Assembly (NCBI GenBank): GCA_963693055.1
Contig: OY843751.1
Span: forward strand, 5,056,001 to 5,120,000
Length of the DNA: 64,000 nt
Direction of reading: 5' to 3'
From: a bacterium
GTDB taxonomy: Bacteria > Zhuqueibacterota > Zhuqueibacteria > Residuimicrobiales > Krinioviventaceae
Shown piece after piece: positions 39,694 to 50,013 of this stretch. The position numbers and the translations under genes are program-made. How positions within the stretch are numbered: position 1 is the stretch's first letter; every line of letters starts with the position of its first letter. The notes below the pieces were generated by a model. The model had not been told where the DNA came from, did not search any database, and saw nothing but the letters and a program-made list of their open reading frames with translations.

Positions 39694-40626
39694 ATGTACA
39701 TGATACGGAAATATACTCTAAAACTAGCATTATTATTACTTTTTATTACCACCCATTTAACTGCTCAGGAAATTCAATGGCAAAACATTACTCGTGATAA
39801 TTCTGACTTACAATTCGATCCATATAAACACCCCTTGTATGAGCACAATCCTTACAAAATCAACTACAAATCTTCCTATTTCACCCGGGGATTATTCGAC
39901 GGTACAATGGCCGGACTTTTTGGTAGTATTGCCCTGGCTTACCCATTGATTGGAGACTCGCCTGATCCTGGAGCAGCAATTATTCCTCTTGGCGGTGCCG
40001 CGATTGGACTTGTTACAGGTGCCATTATGGGGTACAAAAAGGGGGCAAAATATCAAAAAAAATGGCAAAACAATCCCGCTTTTTATGGTACCCGGCGAAA
40101 GTTGGGTTATGCCATACATAACAATTCAACCTATAATTTTCAATTCAATCAATATTATGGCGTCTCTTTTGTCATACGTAAATGGACTGATAATAAATGG
40201 GTACCCAATAAAATATTTTACAGCATAATAAACGAACATTATGATGGTAATATTTCAACGAAAACACTGGCAAGTCATGAATATTGGGGAGAATCAAAAA
40301 AAACTGAATTATTACTGCAATATAGCACAAAACCTTCATATATCAGCCTGCATTATGGAATAGGGCTGGGACGTGCTAAAGGTTCATTTAAAGAGCGCTG
40401 GAAAAATTACGATTATCGTGGTCAATTCAAAACAAAATCCATTCCAATAAATACATGGTATCTGTTTACAAACGCAGGGATTGAATGGAATCTTGACGAT
40501 TTCCTTTATTTTCAGTTTGATGTAGAATTGGATCCATGGGGATTTTATTACCAACTCAACAAGCACAAATCTTTTGAAAATAATCCACTAACATTCGTTG
40601 TGAGAATGGGACGGTTTATAATATAG
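39694..40626 (+). CDS. Same family, paralogue 2
   Basis: FDPYKHPLYEHNPYK; glycine zipper; ends VRMGRFII. Confidence 0.75.
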   Translation: MYMIRKYTLKLALLLLFITTHLTAQEIQWQNITRDNSDLQFDPYKHPLYEHNPYKINYKSSYFTRGLFDGTMAGLFGSIALAYPLIGDSPDPGAAIIPLGGAAIGLVTGAIMGYKKGAKYQKKWQNNPAFYGTRRKLGYAIHNNSTYNFQFNQYYGVSFVIRKWTDNKWVPNKIFYSIINEHYDGNISTKTLASHEYWGESKKTELLLQYSTKPSYISLHYGIGLGRAKGSFKERWKNYDYRGQFKTKSIPINTWYLFTNAGIEWNLDDFLYFQFDVELDPWGFYYQLNKHKSFENNPLTFVVRMGRFII

Positions 40627-40680
40627 GACGTAAAATCCATTTCAAAGAGTTTTACAATCAAAACAGGAAAAGTATAATAT

Positions 40681-41625
40681 ATGAATACAATACGATTTAA
40701 GCGGATATGGATTCTTTTTTTATTATTCTTAATAACTAAAAGTATTTCAGCTCAGGAAATCCAATGGCAAAATATCACCCGTGACAATCCGGACAAAACA
40801 TTCGATTATTTCAAACATCCCTTGTATGAGCACAATCCATACAAAACCAACTATAAAGCCACCTATTTCATCCATGGAGTATTTGACGGCACAATGGCAG
40901 GTTTCCTGGGTGGAGTAGCGTTAACACACCAATTGGTTGGTGATTCTGGTGATTTAGGAGCAGCTATAGCATGGGCAATTTTCCCAACAACGGGTGCTGC
41001 TATTGGACTTGTCTCAGGTGGTATTATTGGCCACAAAAAAGGCATCAGATATCAAAACAAATTGGAAAATAGTCCGGGATACTATGGCATTCGAAGACAT
41101 TTCGGCTATTCTGTATATGGAATTTCTACAACAGATATGCAGCTCTATACAAGTCCCGGAGCGGCGCTGGTTGTGCGAAAATGGACGAATAACAAGTATG
41201 TACCCAATAAGATCTTTATTTCATTTGAAAATGAAAGATATGATGGACAAACTACGCTCATTAATTCCAGGGTATATAATTACTGGGGTAATGCAAAAAA
41301 TTATGAACTGTTATTTCAATATGCAAATCAACCAAACTTTATAAGCTATCATTACGGGCTTGGGCTGGGATACGCAGAGGGTTCTTTTGAAGAAGAATGG
41401 AAAGACCCAATTACTGCTTATATTAAAAAAACAGAATCAACTCCCATAAATACTTTATATCTATTTGTAAACACGGGGATAGAGCTCAACCTGAACGATT
41501 TTATATTCTTACAAGCCGATGTCGAATTCGATCCCATTGGTTTCCAATATCGACTTAATGAACACAAGCACTTTGAGCAGCATCCCTTTACTTTTATTTG
41601 CCGCATAGGGAGATTTATATTATAA
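40681..41625 (+). CDS. Same family, paralogue 3
   Basis: FDYFKHPLYEHNPYK; glycine zipper; ends CRIGRFIL. Confidence 0.75.
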   Translation: MNTIRFKRIWILFLLFLITKSISAQEIQWQNITRDNPDKTFDYFKHPLYEHNPYKTNYKATYFIHGVFDGTMAGFLGGVALTHQLVGDSGDLGAAIAWAIFPTTGAAIGLVSGGIIGHKKGIRYQNKLENSPGYYGIRRHFGYSVYGISTTDMQLYTSPGAALVVRKWTNNKYVPNKIFISFENERYDGQTTLINSRVYNYWGNAKNYELLFQYANQPNFISYHYGLGLGYAEGSFEEEWKDPITAYIKKTESTPINTLYLFVNTGIELNLNDFIFLQADVEFDPIGFQYRLNEHKHFEQHPFTFICRIGRFIL

Positions 41626-41659
41626 TTTGCATTCTTGATCAAATAATCAAAAATAATCC

Positions 41660-41688
41660 TTGACTTTAAATGAATGATCGTTTAATTT
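41660..41688 (+). promoter_or_regulatory. Sigma70 promoter overlapping a TetR operator
   Basis: TTGACT -35 at 41660, AT-rich -10 near 41683; TGAATGATCGTTTA imperfect palindrome between them; ATG follows at 41695 without an RBS (probably leaderless). Confidence 0.55.
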
Positions 41689-41694
41689 AGAACT

Positions 41695-42264
41695 ATGAGA
41701 CATAAAGATGAAAAAAAGTTTGATGCGATTTGCAACGCTGCCATCTCTTTAATTAACGAGATCGGGTTTGCGCAGGCTTCCATGTCCAAAATCGCAAAAC
41801 GCGCAGAGGTATCTCCCGCTTCCATCTATACCTATTTCGAAAACAAGGAAGATATGCTGGTGCAGCTCTATATTCAGGGCAAACGCAAAATGATGATGTT
41901 TATCATGCAGGATTATAATCCCGATCTGAGTATAGAGACCTCTACAAAAACGATTTTTAAAAAGGTGTTTCAATTCGCAATTGAGCATAACGATTTTTTT
42001 GCGTTCACCGAACAGTTTAGCAATTCGCCGCTTATCCATTGCGTCAAAGAAGAAACCCAGGATCTGTTCATACCCTTGATGGAAATGGTAGAAAAAGCAA
42101 AAAAGGATAACATTATTCGCGATCTACCCATGGAACTGATTACTGTATTCAGCTTTTTCCCCATTATGCAATTGAGTAAGGCACATCTGATTGGCGAAAT
42201 CAAAGTGGATGATAAACTGCTGGATACCGCAGTAGATCTGGCCTGGAGGGCCATAACGGTTTAA
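41695..42264 (+). CDS. TetR/AcrR family transcriptional regulator
   Basis: GF..ASMSKIAKRAEVSPASIYTYFENKEDM HTH. Confidence 0.93.
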   Translation: MRHKDEKKFDAICNAAISLINEIGFAQASMSKIAKRAEVSPASIYTYFENKEDMLVQLYIQGKRKMMMFIMQDYNPDLSIETSTKTIFKKVFQFAIEHNDFFAFTEQFSNSPLIHCVKEETQDLFIPLMEMVEKAKKDNIIRDLPMELITVFSFFPIMQLSKAHLIGEIKVDDKLLDTAVDLAWRAITV

Positions 42265-42282
42265 AAAATTTTCTTTCTTAAA

Positions 42283-42296
42283 TAAATGAACATTCA
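42283..42296. promoter_or_regulatory. Second putative TetR operator
   Basis: TAAATGAACATTCA, similar to the site at 41671. Confidence 0.55.
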
Positions 42297-42427
42297 ATAA
42301 ACAAAGGCATTTATTTTGAGAACCATACTTTTATTATTAAGAATTACAGATAAACTATCAATTACTATTTTATTGGCTGCCCTGCTGCTGCTTGCTCTGG
42401 GACAACTATAAAATACAGGAGATGAAA

Positions 42428-43624
42428 ATGCAATACAGAACCGTTCCGAAAAATGGTGACAAACTGTCAATTCTCGGCTTTGGCGCTATGCGCCTGCCTA
42501 TGAAACGCAGACAAATTGATGAAAATCGTGCCCAGGCCCAGATCTATTCAGCAATTGATCAGGGAGTCAATTATGTGGATACCGCCTGGCCCTACCACAA
42601 TGGCGCCAGCGAAACCTTTTTGGGCAAGATCCTGCCGCAAAACGGATATCGCGAAAAGATCAAACTGGCTACCAAACTGCCGCACTGGTCCGCTAAAAGT
42701 AAAACAGATATGCTAAACCTGCTTGACAAACAGCTCGCGAAACTGCACACAGACCATATTGATTATTACCTGGTGCACAACTTGAACAAAGACAACTGGG
42801 GCCTAGCCAAAGAACACAGTGTGCTCGAGTTCCTGGACGAAGCCTTGAAATCCGGAAAGATCATAAATGCAGGATTTTCATATCACGGTGCTGCCAGAGA
42901 TTTTAACAGTATTGTAGATGATTACGACTGGACCTTTTGCCAGCTCCAGTACAATTATCTGGATACGGAAAACCAGGCCGGTAAAGCCGGGCTTGAATAC
43001 GCGGCATCCAAAGACCTGGGCATTATAGTCATGGAACCGCTGCGTGGTGGGAATTTGTCCAAAACACCTCCCAAAGCAGTTCAGCAGATCTGGGACGAAT
43101 CAGAAGAAAAAAAAACAGCAGCTGAATGGTCTCTGCGTTGGATCTGGGACCATCCACAGGTAACCACAGTGCTTTCCGGCATGAATGAAGAAGCCCATAT
43201 TGAAGAGAATATAAAAATCGCCTCTGGTGCGTTACCCAACGCCATGTCTGAATCCGATCGCAATCGTGTTGATACCGCTGCTGCCACCTTTCGTCAGTTA
43301 ATGAAAGCGGGCTGTACAGGGTGCCAATATTGCGTTCCCTGCCCCAAAAATGTCAATATTCCCGGATGTTTTGAACTTTATAACTCGTTACATACGTTTA
43401 AAGAAAAGAGGGCCAAATTTAGATATCTGGTTTTAAACGGTGGTATTATTGGCGGCAAGCCCGGTATGGCATCACAATGTATTGACTGTGGTGTATGTCT
43501 TGAAAAATGCCCACAGAATCTGCCCATTCCTGACTTGCTAAAGGATGTAAAAAATGATTTTGAAGGCATAATGACCAAACCCACTTTATGGCTCGCAAAA
43601 CAGGTTGTAAAAAGAATGCGTTAA
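42428..43624 (+). CDS. Aldo/keto reductase with C-terminal 4Fe-4S dicluster domain
   Basis: SILGFGAMRLP, DTAWPYH, ATKLP, MEPLRGG; CTGCQYCVPCP and CIDCGVCLEKCP. Confidence 0.9.
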   Translation: MQYRTVPKNGDKLSILGFGAMRLPMKRRQIDENRAQAQIYSAIDQGVNYVDTAWPYHNGASETFLGKILPQNGYREKIKLATKLPHWSAKSKTDMLNLLDKQLAKLHTDHIDYYLVHNLNKDNWGLAKEHSVLEFLDEALKSGKIINAGFSYHGAARDFNSIVDDYDWTFCQLQYNYLDTENQAGKAGLEYAASKDLGIIVMEPLRGGNLSKTPPKAVQQIWDESEEKKTAAEWSLRWIWDHPQVTTVLSGMNEEAHIEENIKIASGALPNAMSESDRNRVDTAAATFRQLMKAGCTGCQYCVPCPKNVNIPGCFELYNSLHTFKEKRAKFRYLVLNGGIIGGKPGMASQCIDCGVCLEKCPQNLPIPDLLKDVKNDFEGIMTKPTLWLAKQVVKRMR

Positions 43625-43641
43625 CAAAAAGGGAGAATATC

Positions 43642-44544
43642 ATGCATCAAAAATGGAATAGTAAAAATATATCAGACCAAAGCGGACGGGTTGCCATTGT
43701 AACCGGTTCAAGCAGTGGCATAGGGCTTGAAACCGCACGCGTACTTGCAAACAAGAATGCAGAAGTGATTATTGCTGTTCGAAATCTGCAAAAAGGCAAC
43801 AAGGCCATGGAACTGATCAAAGCACAAAATCCAAACGCAAATCTGCGCATCATGGAACTGGACCTTGCGGATCTGACGTCTGTCAAATCCTTTACGGAAA
43901 CATTTCAAGCCAATTACAATCGATTGGATCTGCTCATCAATAATGCCGGTGTAATGATACCTCCATATTCAAAAACAAAAGACGGCTTTGAGCTGCAAAT
44001 GGGCACCAACCACCTGGGCCATTTTGCCCTGACCGCGCAACTGATGGACCTTCTCTTGAAAACAGAAAACAGCAGAATTGTCAATGTTTCCAGCATGGCC
44101 CACAAATATGGCAACATTGACTTTAATGATCTGGACTGGTCAAGCCGCAAATACAAACGTGAACGGGCTTATGGTGACAGTAAAATTGCCAACCTCTATT
44201 TCACCCGAATTCTTGCAGAAAAATTAAATACCTCAGGAAATAACACCATTGCTGCTTCTGCCCATCCCGGCTGGACAGCAACGGATCTTCAGCGTCATGT
44301 AGGGTTTGTTGAATTTCTGAACAACTTTTTCGCGCAAAAAATAGAAATGGGCGCATTGCCCACTCTCTATGCGGCTGTTGGTCCCGATGTTCAAAACGGT
44401 GATTTTTACGGTCCTAATGGATTTATGGAAATGCGCGGTTACCCCATCAAAGTTACTCCCAATGAACTGGCACATAAAAAATCCATTGCCGAACAGCTAT
44501 GGCAGGAATCAGAAAAACTTACGAACGTTACTTTTCAGATATAA
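43642..44544 (+). CDS. SDR family oxidoreductase (retinol-DH-like)
   Basis: TGSSSGIG, LINNAG, NHLGHF, YGDSK, AHPG; start MHQK with GGGAG RBS. Confidence 0.92.
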   Translation: MHQKWNSKNISDQSGRVAIVTGSSSGIGLETARVLANKNAEVIIAVRNLQKGNKAMELIKAQNPNANLRIMELDLADLTSVKSFTETFQANYNRLDLLINNAGVMIPPYSKTKDGFELQMGTNHLGHFALTAQLMDLLLKTENSRIVNVSSMAHKYGNIDFNDLDWSSRKYKRERAYGDSKIANLYFTRILAEKLNTSGNNTIAASAHPGWTATDLQRHVGFVEFLNNFFAQKIEMGALPTLYAAVGPDVQNGDFYGPNGFMEMRGYPIKVTPNELAHKKSIAEQLWQESEKLTNVTFQI

Positions 44545-44546
44545 AT

Positions 44547-44588
44547 AAAAAACGGCCCATATTGATAGCAAATGGGCCGTTGCTTTTT
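44547..44588. terminator. Bidirectional terminator
   Basis: AACGGCCCAT / ATGGGCCGTT stem with A and T runs between convergent genes. Confidence 0.7.
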
Positions 44589-44592
44589 CCGA

Positions 44593-45924
44593 TCAGGATT
44601 CTTTTAAAAGCTTTTTTCGGTTTTCATAAATCTTTGTTATGCCATCCGCAATATCATCCATATCTTTTTGACTGCCCAGCAACAGGTTCTGCGTAAAACA
44701 AACCGCTTCGTCACACAACTGATCATTATTGGGAAGATTATGCAGCTCGTCTCTGTACCGGTCAAGCCTTTCTTTTGAAAACAGCCGTTTATATCCGCGT
44801 GAATTGAGCATTTCTTCAATCAATCCGTCATGGTATTGCTTGCCGTACCCCGTGCTCAGGGGTATACCTTCTGCCCTGGCTGCTTTAATAAACTGCTCAC
44901 GGGACAATTCGTCAAACTGTTCTTTTTTATAGCGAAAAGGATACAAATGGTATGCGGACCGTGTTGCTCCATTTGCAAGCTTGTAGGGGATGATGCCCGG
45001 AATCTCTTTAATTTTGGAAGATAAATACAGCGCGTTTTTCAACCGCAGGTCTGCATCTGCCTTGATGCGCTTCATCTGTGACATAAGAATAACCGCCTGA
45101 AATTCCTGCATTCTGCGATTGCTGCCACGTGAAGGATAATTACTGGTCTTTTTTACACTACCATACGGTCGACCGCAGTTGTGAAAGGAAACACAGCGGT
45201 CCATAATTCCCTCATCATTCCCAACAATTGCACCACCTTCACCCGCCGGCAAATGCTTGGAATTCTGAAAGCTGAAGCAGCCCAGGTCTCCCAGGGTACC
45301 GCATTTTTGTCCCTTGTACTCTGCAAGCCATGCCTGGCAGGCATCTTCAACCACAACCAGGTCATGCTTTTTTGCAGCCGTGTTAATACCGTCCATGTCA
45401 CATGGCATTCCGTAGATATGCACCGGTAAAATGGCTTTGGTGCGGTCAGTTACCCGCGACTCAATGGAAGCGGGATCCATGGTAAAGGTCTCCTGGTCCG
45501 TATCGGCAAATACCGGTAAAGCTTTATTGATAATGACAGAATTATAAGTAGCAATAAATGTGAATGGAGAAACGATCACTTCATCACCCGCGTCAACACC
45601 CAACACATGCATTGCCGTAAGTAACGCGGTTGTACCACTGGCTGTAGCAAGGCAGCGTTTTGCGCCCATCAGATCCGCGTATTTTTTTTCAAACTCGGTT
45701 ACTTTGGTACCATGCCCACGATACCAGTTACCGCTGTGAAGCACAGAAAGAATATCCTCTTCAGCATCCGAGTCCCAAACCGGCCACTTGGGCCAGACAC
45801 CATCATGGACCTTTGGGCCACCCAAAACAGCCAGATCTCCGGATGCGGCTTGAATGTTACCCAACACTGGCATCATAACGGCAGCGGCTGATGCAGTTTT
45901 TATAAATTTACGTCTTTTCATCAT
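44593..45924 (-). CDS. DegT/DnrJ/EryC1/StrS sugar aminotransferase with Tat signal peptide
   Basis: KRRKFIK Tat motif; SGTTAL, EDACQA, FSFQNSKHLPAGEGG. Confidence 0.9.
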   Translation of the reverse strand: MMKRRKFIKTASAAAVMMPVLGNIQAASGDLAVLGGPKVHDGVWPKWPVWDSDAEEDILSVLHSGNWYRGHGTKVTEFEKKYADLMGAKRCLATASGTTALLTAMHVLGVDAGDEVIVSPFTFIATYNSVIINKALPVFADTDQETFTMDPASIESRVTDRTKAILPVHIYGMPCDMDGINTAAKKHDLVVVEDACQAWLAEYKGQKCGTLGDLGCFSFQNSKHLPAGEGGAIVGNDEGIMDRCVSFHNCGRPYGSVKKTSNYPSRGSNRRMQEFQAVILMSQMKRIKADADLRLKNALYLSSKIKEIPGIIPYKLANGATRSAYHLYPFRYKKEQFDELSREQFIKAARAEGIPLSTGYGKQYHDGLIEEMLNSRGYKRLFSKERLDRYRDELHNLPNNDQLCDEAVCFTQNLLLGSQKDMDDIADGITKIYENRKKLLKES

Positions 45925-46094
45925 AATCTTCTCCCAATATATAATGACGGGTGTTTACTATAGAACATTAATCGAAAAACATAAAATCCATTCTTAAAAC
46001 TGCTCGAGTTTCACAAAAACAAACGGTATATCAATGACAGGATAATTTATGACATAAACAAAAAAGGGCCTGAAAAATTCAAGCCCGGTCATTT

Positions 46095-47633
46095 TTATTT
46101 CAATGTCAACATAACTATCGATTTCGGAGGCAGTATTGTTTCCACCATACCATCTCTAACTTTGGCATTGGAAAAAGATTTGATAAAGACGTTTTCCTTT
46201 TTACCAAAATCATTATACGCATTGATTGCATCTGCCGTAATAATTTCACCACTGACAGACTTAACATCAGCACCGCGGATATCACAACTTATGGACTGCG
46301 CCTTGTTGGGATCAGAATTGGTCAGACTGATATGGATAACTCCCTCTTTGCGCGAAGCTGAAGCATTGATTGCCGGCACAGATTCTTCACCAAATGTATA
46401 ATCAACTGTTTCAACACTGGAAGGTAACAATTCGGCATCATGATGCGCGGTAAAAAGTTTAAAAACATGCCAGGTGGGTGTTTTTACCATCAAATCGTCT
46501 TTGGTCAATACCACCGCCTGCAATACATTCACAGTCTGCGCAATATTACACATTTGCACACGGTCACAGTTATTATTAAAAATATTAAAATTGATTGCAG
46601 CAATCATTGCATCTCGTAACGAGTTTTGCTGATACAAAAATCCGCGTTCGGTTCCCGGTTCTACGTTGAACCAGTTTCCCCACTCGTCAATAATCAAACC
46701 CACGCGTTTTTCAGGATCGTAATAATCCATTATGGCTAAATTCTTTTGAATAATCTTTTCCATATGCAGCGTTTGATCAATCTGCTCAAACCAGTCAGCT
46801 TCTTCAAAATCCGTTGCAGAGCCCTTGTCGCGCCAGTTTCCATGAGCAACGGTGTAATGATGCATGGAAATACCCTGCATTTGTCGTGGTCCTACATCTC
46901 TCATCAGGGTTTCGGTCCAAATAGCATCGTCTCCATTGGGGCCGCAAGCAACTTTGAAAGGACGTGTGCCACCAATAGTGCGACAAAAAGTAGCGTAATG
47001 TTTATAGATAGGTGCATAATAATCCGGTGTCATACTGCCACCACAGCCCCAAACCTCATTACCAATACCCCAGTATCTTACTTTCCAGGGTTTTTCACGG
47101 CCATTCTCTTTACGCCAGTTGGCCATAGGATTCCCAACCTCTCCGTTCACATACAATACCCAATCTTTTAAATCCTTTGGGCTGCCTGTGCCTACATTGA
47201 CAGCAAGGTACGGTTCGCAATCCAGTAATTCACACAGATTCAAAAATTCATGTGTACCAAAGCTATTGTCTTCAATCACATTGCCCCAATGATAATTCAA
47301 GATCGGTGGGCGTCCCTCTTTGGGGCCCAAACCATCCTGCCAGTGGTAGGTATCGGCAAAACAACCACCAGGCCAACGCAGATTAGGGATCTTGATTTCC
47401 TGCAAAGCCTCAACAATATCTTTACGATATCCGTTGATATTGGGTATGTCAGAATCTTCACCAACCCAAATACCACCATAAATACAATGGCCCAGATGCT
47501 CTGCAAAATGACCATAGATATGTCGGCTGATGGTGTATTTAGCTTGATCGGCGTTAATGATCAACTTGTTTTCAGCAGCGTTCAACGACAACACTGCAAG
47601 TAAAAGAACAAAAATGATAGTACGGCTTTTCAT
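46095..47633 (-). CDS. Alpha-L-arabinofuranosidase (GH51), secreted
   Basis: IYGHFAEHLG, LRWPGGCFAD, GIGNE (acid/base), IDEWG (nucleophile), AQTVNVLQA. Confidence 0.93.
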   Translation of the reverse strand: MKSRTIIFVLLLAVLSLNAAENKLIINADQAKYTISRHIYGHFAEHLGHCIYGGIWVGEDSDIPNINGYRKDIVEALQEIKIPNLRWPGGCFADTYHWQDGLGPKEGRPPILNYHWGNVIEDNSFGTHEFLNLCELLDCEPYLAVNVGTGSPKDLKDWVLYVNGEVGNPMANWRKENGREKPWKVRYWGIGNEVWGCGGSMTPDYYAPIYKHYATFCRTIGGTRPFKVACGPNGDDAIWTETLMRDVGPRQMQGISMHHYTVAHGNWRDKGSATDFEEADWFEQIDQTLHMEKIIQKNLAIMDYYDPEKRVGLIIDEWGNWFNVEPGTERGFLYQQNSLRDAMIAAINFNIFNNNCDRVQMCNIAQTVNVLQAVVLTKDDLMVKTPTWHVFKLFTAHHDAELLPSSVETVDYTFGEESVPAINASASRKEGVIHISLTNSDPNKAQSISCDIRGADVKSVSGEIITADAINAYNDFGKKENVFIKSFSNAKVRDGMVETILPPKSIVMLTLK

Positions 47634-47670
47634 TTATTGCCTCCGGTTTAGTTGATATTTATATAACTAC

Positions 47671-50013
47671 CTAGTATATAGCTTTGAGATTGTAATTTCC
47701 TTCCTTGACCTTGTAAATGATATAGTTGTCTTTTTCATCACTAAATTCTATACCTGCCTGCTGAGCCGCTTTATTCTTTTCCCATACTGGTTTTCCATCG
47801 CACATTATGGATTTTGGGGTTTTATCCGCAGGAATACCCACAAGAGCAGTTGCGCCTTTAGGCACACCAACGCTTGCAGTAAATTGCTTATTTGTTTGTT
47901 CAAGCTCAACACGAATCTCACCCGCTGTACTCGCGACCTCAGCCTGAATGTGGTTCAGACTCCCCATCTGCGGCATCACCTGAAAAGATTTGTATCCCGC
48001 TTGTAATGGCGATATACCGGTAGCATATTGCGACAACATCGTCAGCGGTCCACCGCTCCAGGCGTGATTATAGGTACCCCACCTGAAATTGCGTTGTTGG
48101 TCTTCCCAGCCTTCCCACAAGGTAGAAAGCTCGCTATCAACCATTTCATCATAACGTTTCTTCATCCGATCCAATGCATCCTGCGGTAAACCCATCAGAT
48201 ACAATGCTTCAAGCACATATTTTTCCATATAGGGACTGGCATGGTACTCGTCTTTTAATACTTTTTGTATTTTTTTAAACTGGTCCGGTTTTGCCAGGCC
48301 CGAAACAACGGCCAGTGCGTTGGCGCGATCATCGGTTTCACCATCATAATCCGGTGAACGATAGGCTTTGCCGTTCCAAAATGTTTTATTAAAATTGGCA
48401 TCTATACTGTCCATCCGTTCCTTTGCCCAACTCTTATCATCCGAGCGGCTGAACAGTTCTGCCATGTTAGCATACCCCTTTAATGCCAGATAATACCATT
48501 CATTAAAAAGGATTTCCATATCTTTGTTTTCACCCCAGTCACCCCATGTCCATCCCCCTTTGCGTGGAACAACCAGTCCGTTTTCACCCAGTTTCCAAAC
48601 CTCTAAATAGGTCCTGACATGGGGAAACACGGAACGCAGTGTTTCTATATCTCCGGAATGAAAATAATAGGTCCAGAATCCATAATAGCCAACACTTGCC
48701 AGCATCTGCATGGGCAGTTCACGATCATAATTGCCCGCAGGAATCGGAGAAAATATGGTAGAATCGGGCCTCTGCCAGCTCATGAGCTCAATTATGGCCT
48801 TTTTCGCCAAAAGCTGAGACTGCGGACATAATGCGTAAAAGGATTCGCCAATTTCATTCACGGCATCTCCCCACCACTGCGCGCGTTCCCTGTCCGGACA
48901 ATCCATATAGTTATCGCGCATGGTAATGTACAATGTTCGTCTGGATTTCTCCCACAGCGTATTATAAAAGGGATCATCACATTCAAATTGGCCGCTGAAT
49001 TCCGTATTGTACCCGGTTTCGCGGTATTTCAGATCCAGCACCTCTACACCCGCCGGAATGATATAATACATTTCATGCCCGTTGATCCACCCCAGTGATT
49101 CATATTCCTGCTCACCATCTTGAGTAATATATGCTGCACGCAGGTTTGCCGGGCCACCGCCGTGGTAATCATCTGTCAGCATCTCTATTTTCAGTCCAGC
49201 TTTGGCTTTGACTTTAAGATATGGGGTGACCTGTGCGTTATAGGGCAGTTTACAAACCAGGGTATCTCCGGTGGAGGTTAATGGCAGTTGGGGTGCTTTT
49301 GTATAGGATTTCAAACCATAATCTTTCCATTGTGGAATGGGACGTTTTACCAGCTTGTTCCAGGGTTGGCATCCTGCAGGGCCATATTCTCCCGTATCCC
49401 CCCATCCCCTGAGTTTGAAACCGGATTGCTGCCAACCGGGCATATCGTTTCGGGCGTCAAAGCATACATTCGACTCTGACAAACGATAATTCGGCTGGGA
49501 ACCGGAATCATCATTATAATATCCGGGGTGCACACGGCTGCGCCAGGATTGGTCAGATTGCACCAGCACATTGCCCTTTTCATCGTTGATTTCAAAAATC
49601 AATCCCGCTCTGCCGCTGGAGTGATGCGAAAATCCATTTTTACCAAAGTACCAAACCAATACCGCAATGGTGTTTTCGCCTGTTTTTAAATGTTCGGTCA
49701 GGTCCAGTTCGTCATAATAGGTATCCTGCGGAGATGGACCGCGTTTTAATCCGCCTTCAAACACAACCAGTTCTCCGTTCAACCACAACCAATATTTAGA
49801 ATCTACAGCAATTTTAGCAATTGCTTGTTGTGGCAGACTGTCAAGAGTAGTTGTCTTGCGAAAAGCAATCCAGCTATTGGATTTATCCTGCGCGTTAAAA
49901 TTATAAATCCATTTGGCTTGCCAATCTGTTTCCTGAGCGTGCAAAACATTAATGGGGGAAAAATATACAACCGCTAAGATTATTAATAAGAAATACAGCG
50001 TTCTTGTTCGCAT
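47671..50013 (-). CDS. Alpha-L-rhamnosidase-like glycoside hydrolase (GH78), secreted
   Basis: DCPDRERAQWWGD, WGDW, TLWEGW, NHAWSGGP; signal peptide. Confidence 0.88.
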   Translation of the reverse strand: MRTRTLYFLLIILAVVYFSPINVLHAQETDWQAKWIYNFNAQDKSNSWIAFRKTTTLDSLPQQAIAKIAVDSKYWLWLNGELVVFEGGLKRGPSPQDTYYDELDLTEHLKTGENTIAVLVWYFGKNGFSHHSSGRAGLIFEINDEKGNVLVQSDQSWRSRVHPGYYNDDSGSQPNYRLSESNVCFDARNDMPGWQQSGFKLRGWGDTGEYGPAGCQPWNKLVKRPIPQWKDYGLKSYTKAPQLPLTSTGDTLVCKLPYNAQVTPYLKVKAKAGLKIEMLTDDYHGGGPANLRAAYITQDGEQEYESLGWINGHEMYYIIPAGVEVLDLKYRETGYNTEFSGQFECDDPFYNTLWEKSRRTLYITMRDNYMDCPDRERAQWWGDAVNEIGESFYALCPQSQLLAKKAIIELMSWQRPDSTIFSPIPAGNYDRELPMQMLASVGYYGFWTYYFHSGDIETLRSVFPHVRTYLEVWKLGENGLVVPRKGGWTWGDWGENKDMEILFNEWYYLALKGYANMAELFSRSDDKSWAKERMDSIDANFNKTFWNGKAYRSPDYDGETDDRANALAVVSGLAKPDQFKKIQKVLKDEYHASPYMEKYVLEALYLMGLPQDALDRMKKRYDEMVDSELSTLWEGWEDQQRNFRWGTYNHAWSGGPLTMLSQYATGISPLQAGYKSFQVMPQMGSLNHIQAEVASTAGEIRVELEQTNKQFTASVGVPKGATALVGIPADKTPKSIMCDGKPVWEKNKAAQQAGIEFSDEKDNYIIYKVKEGNYNLKAIY

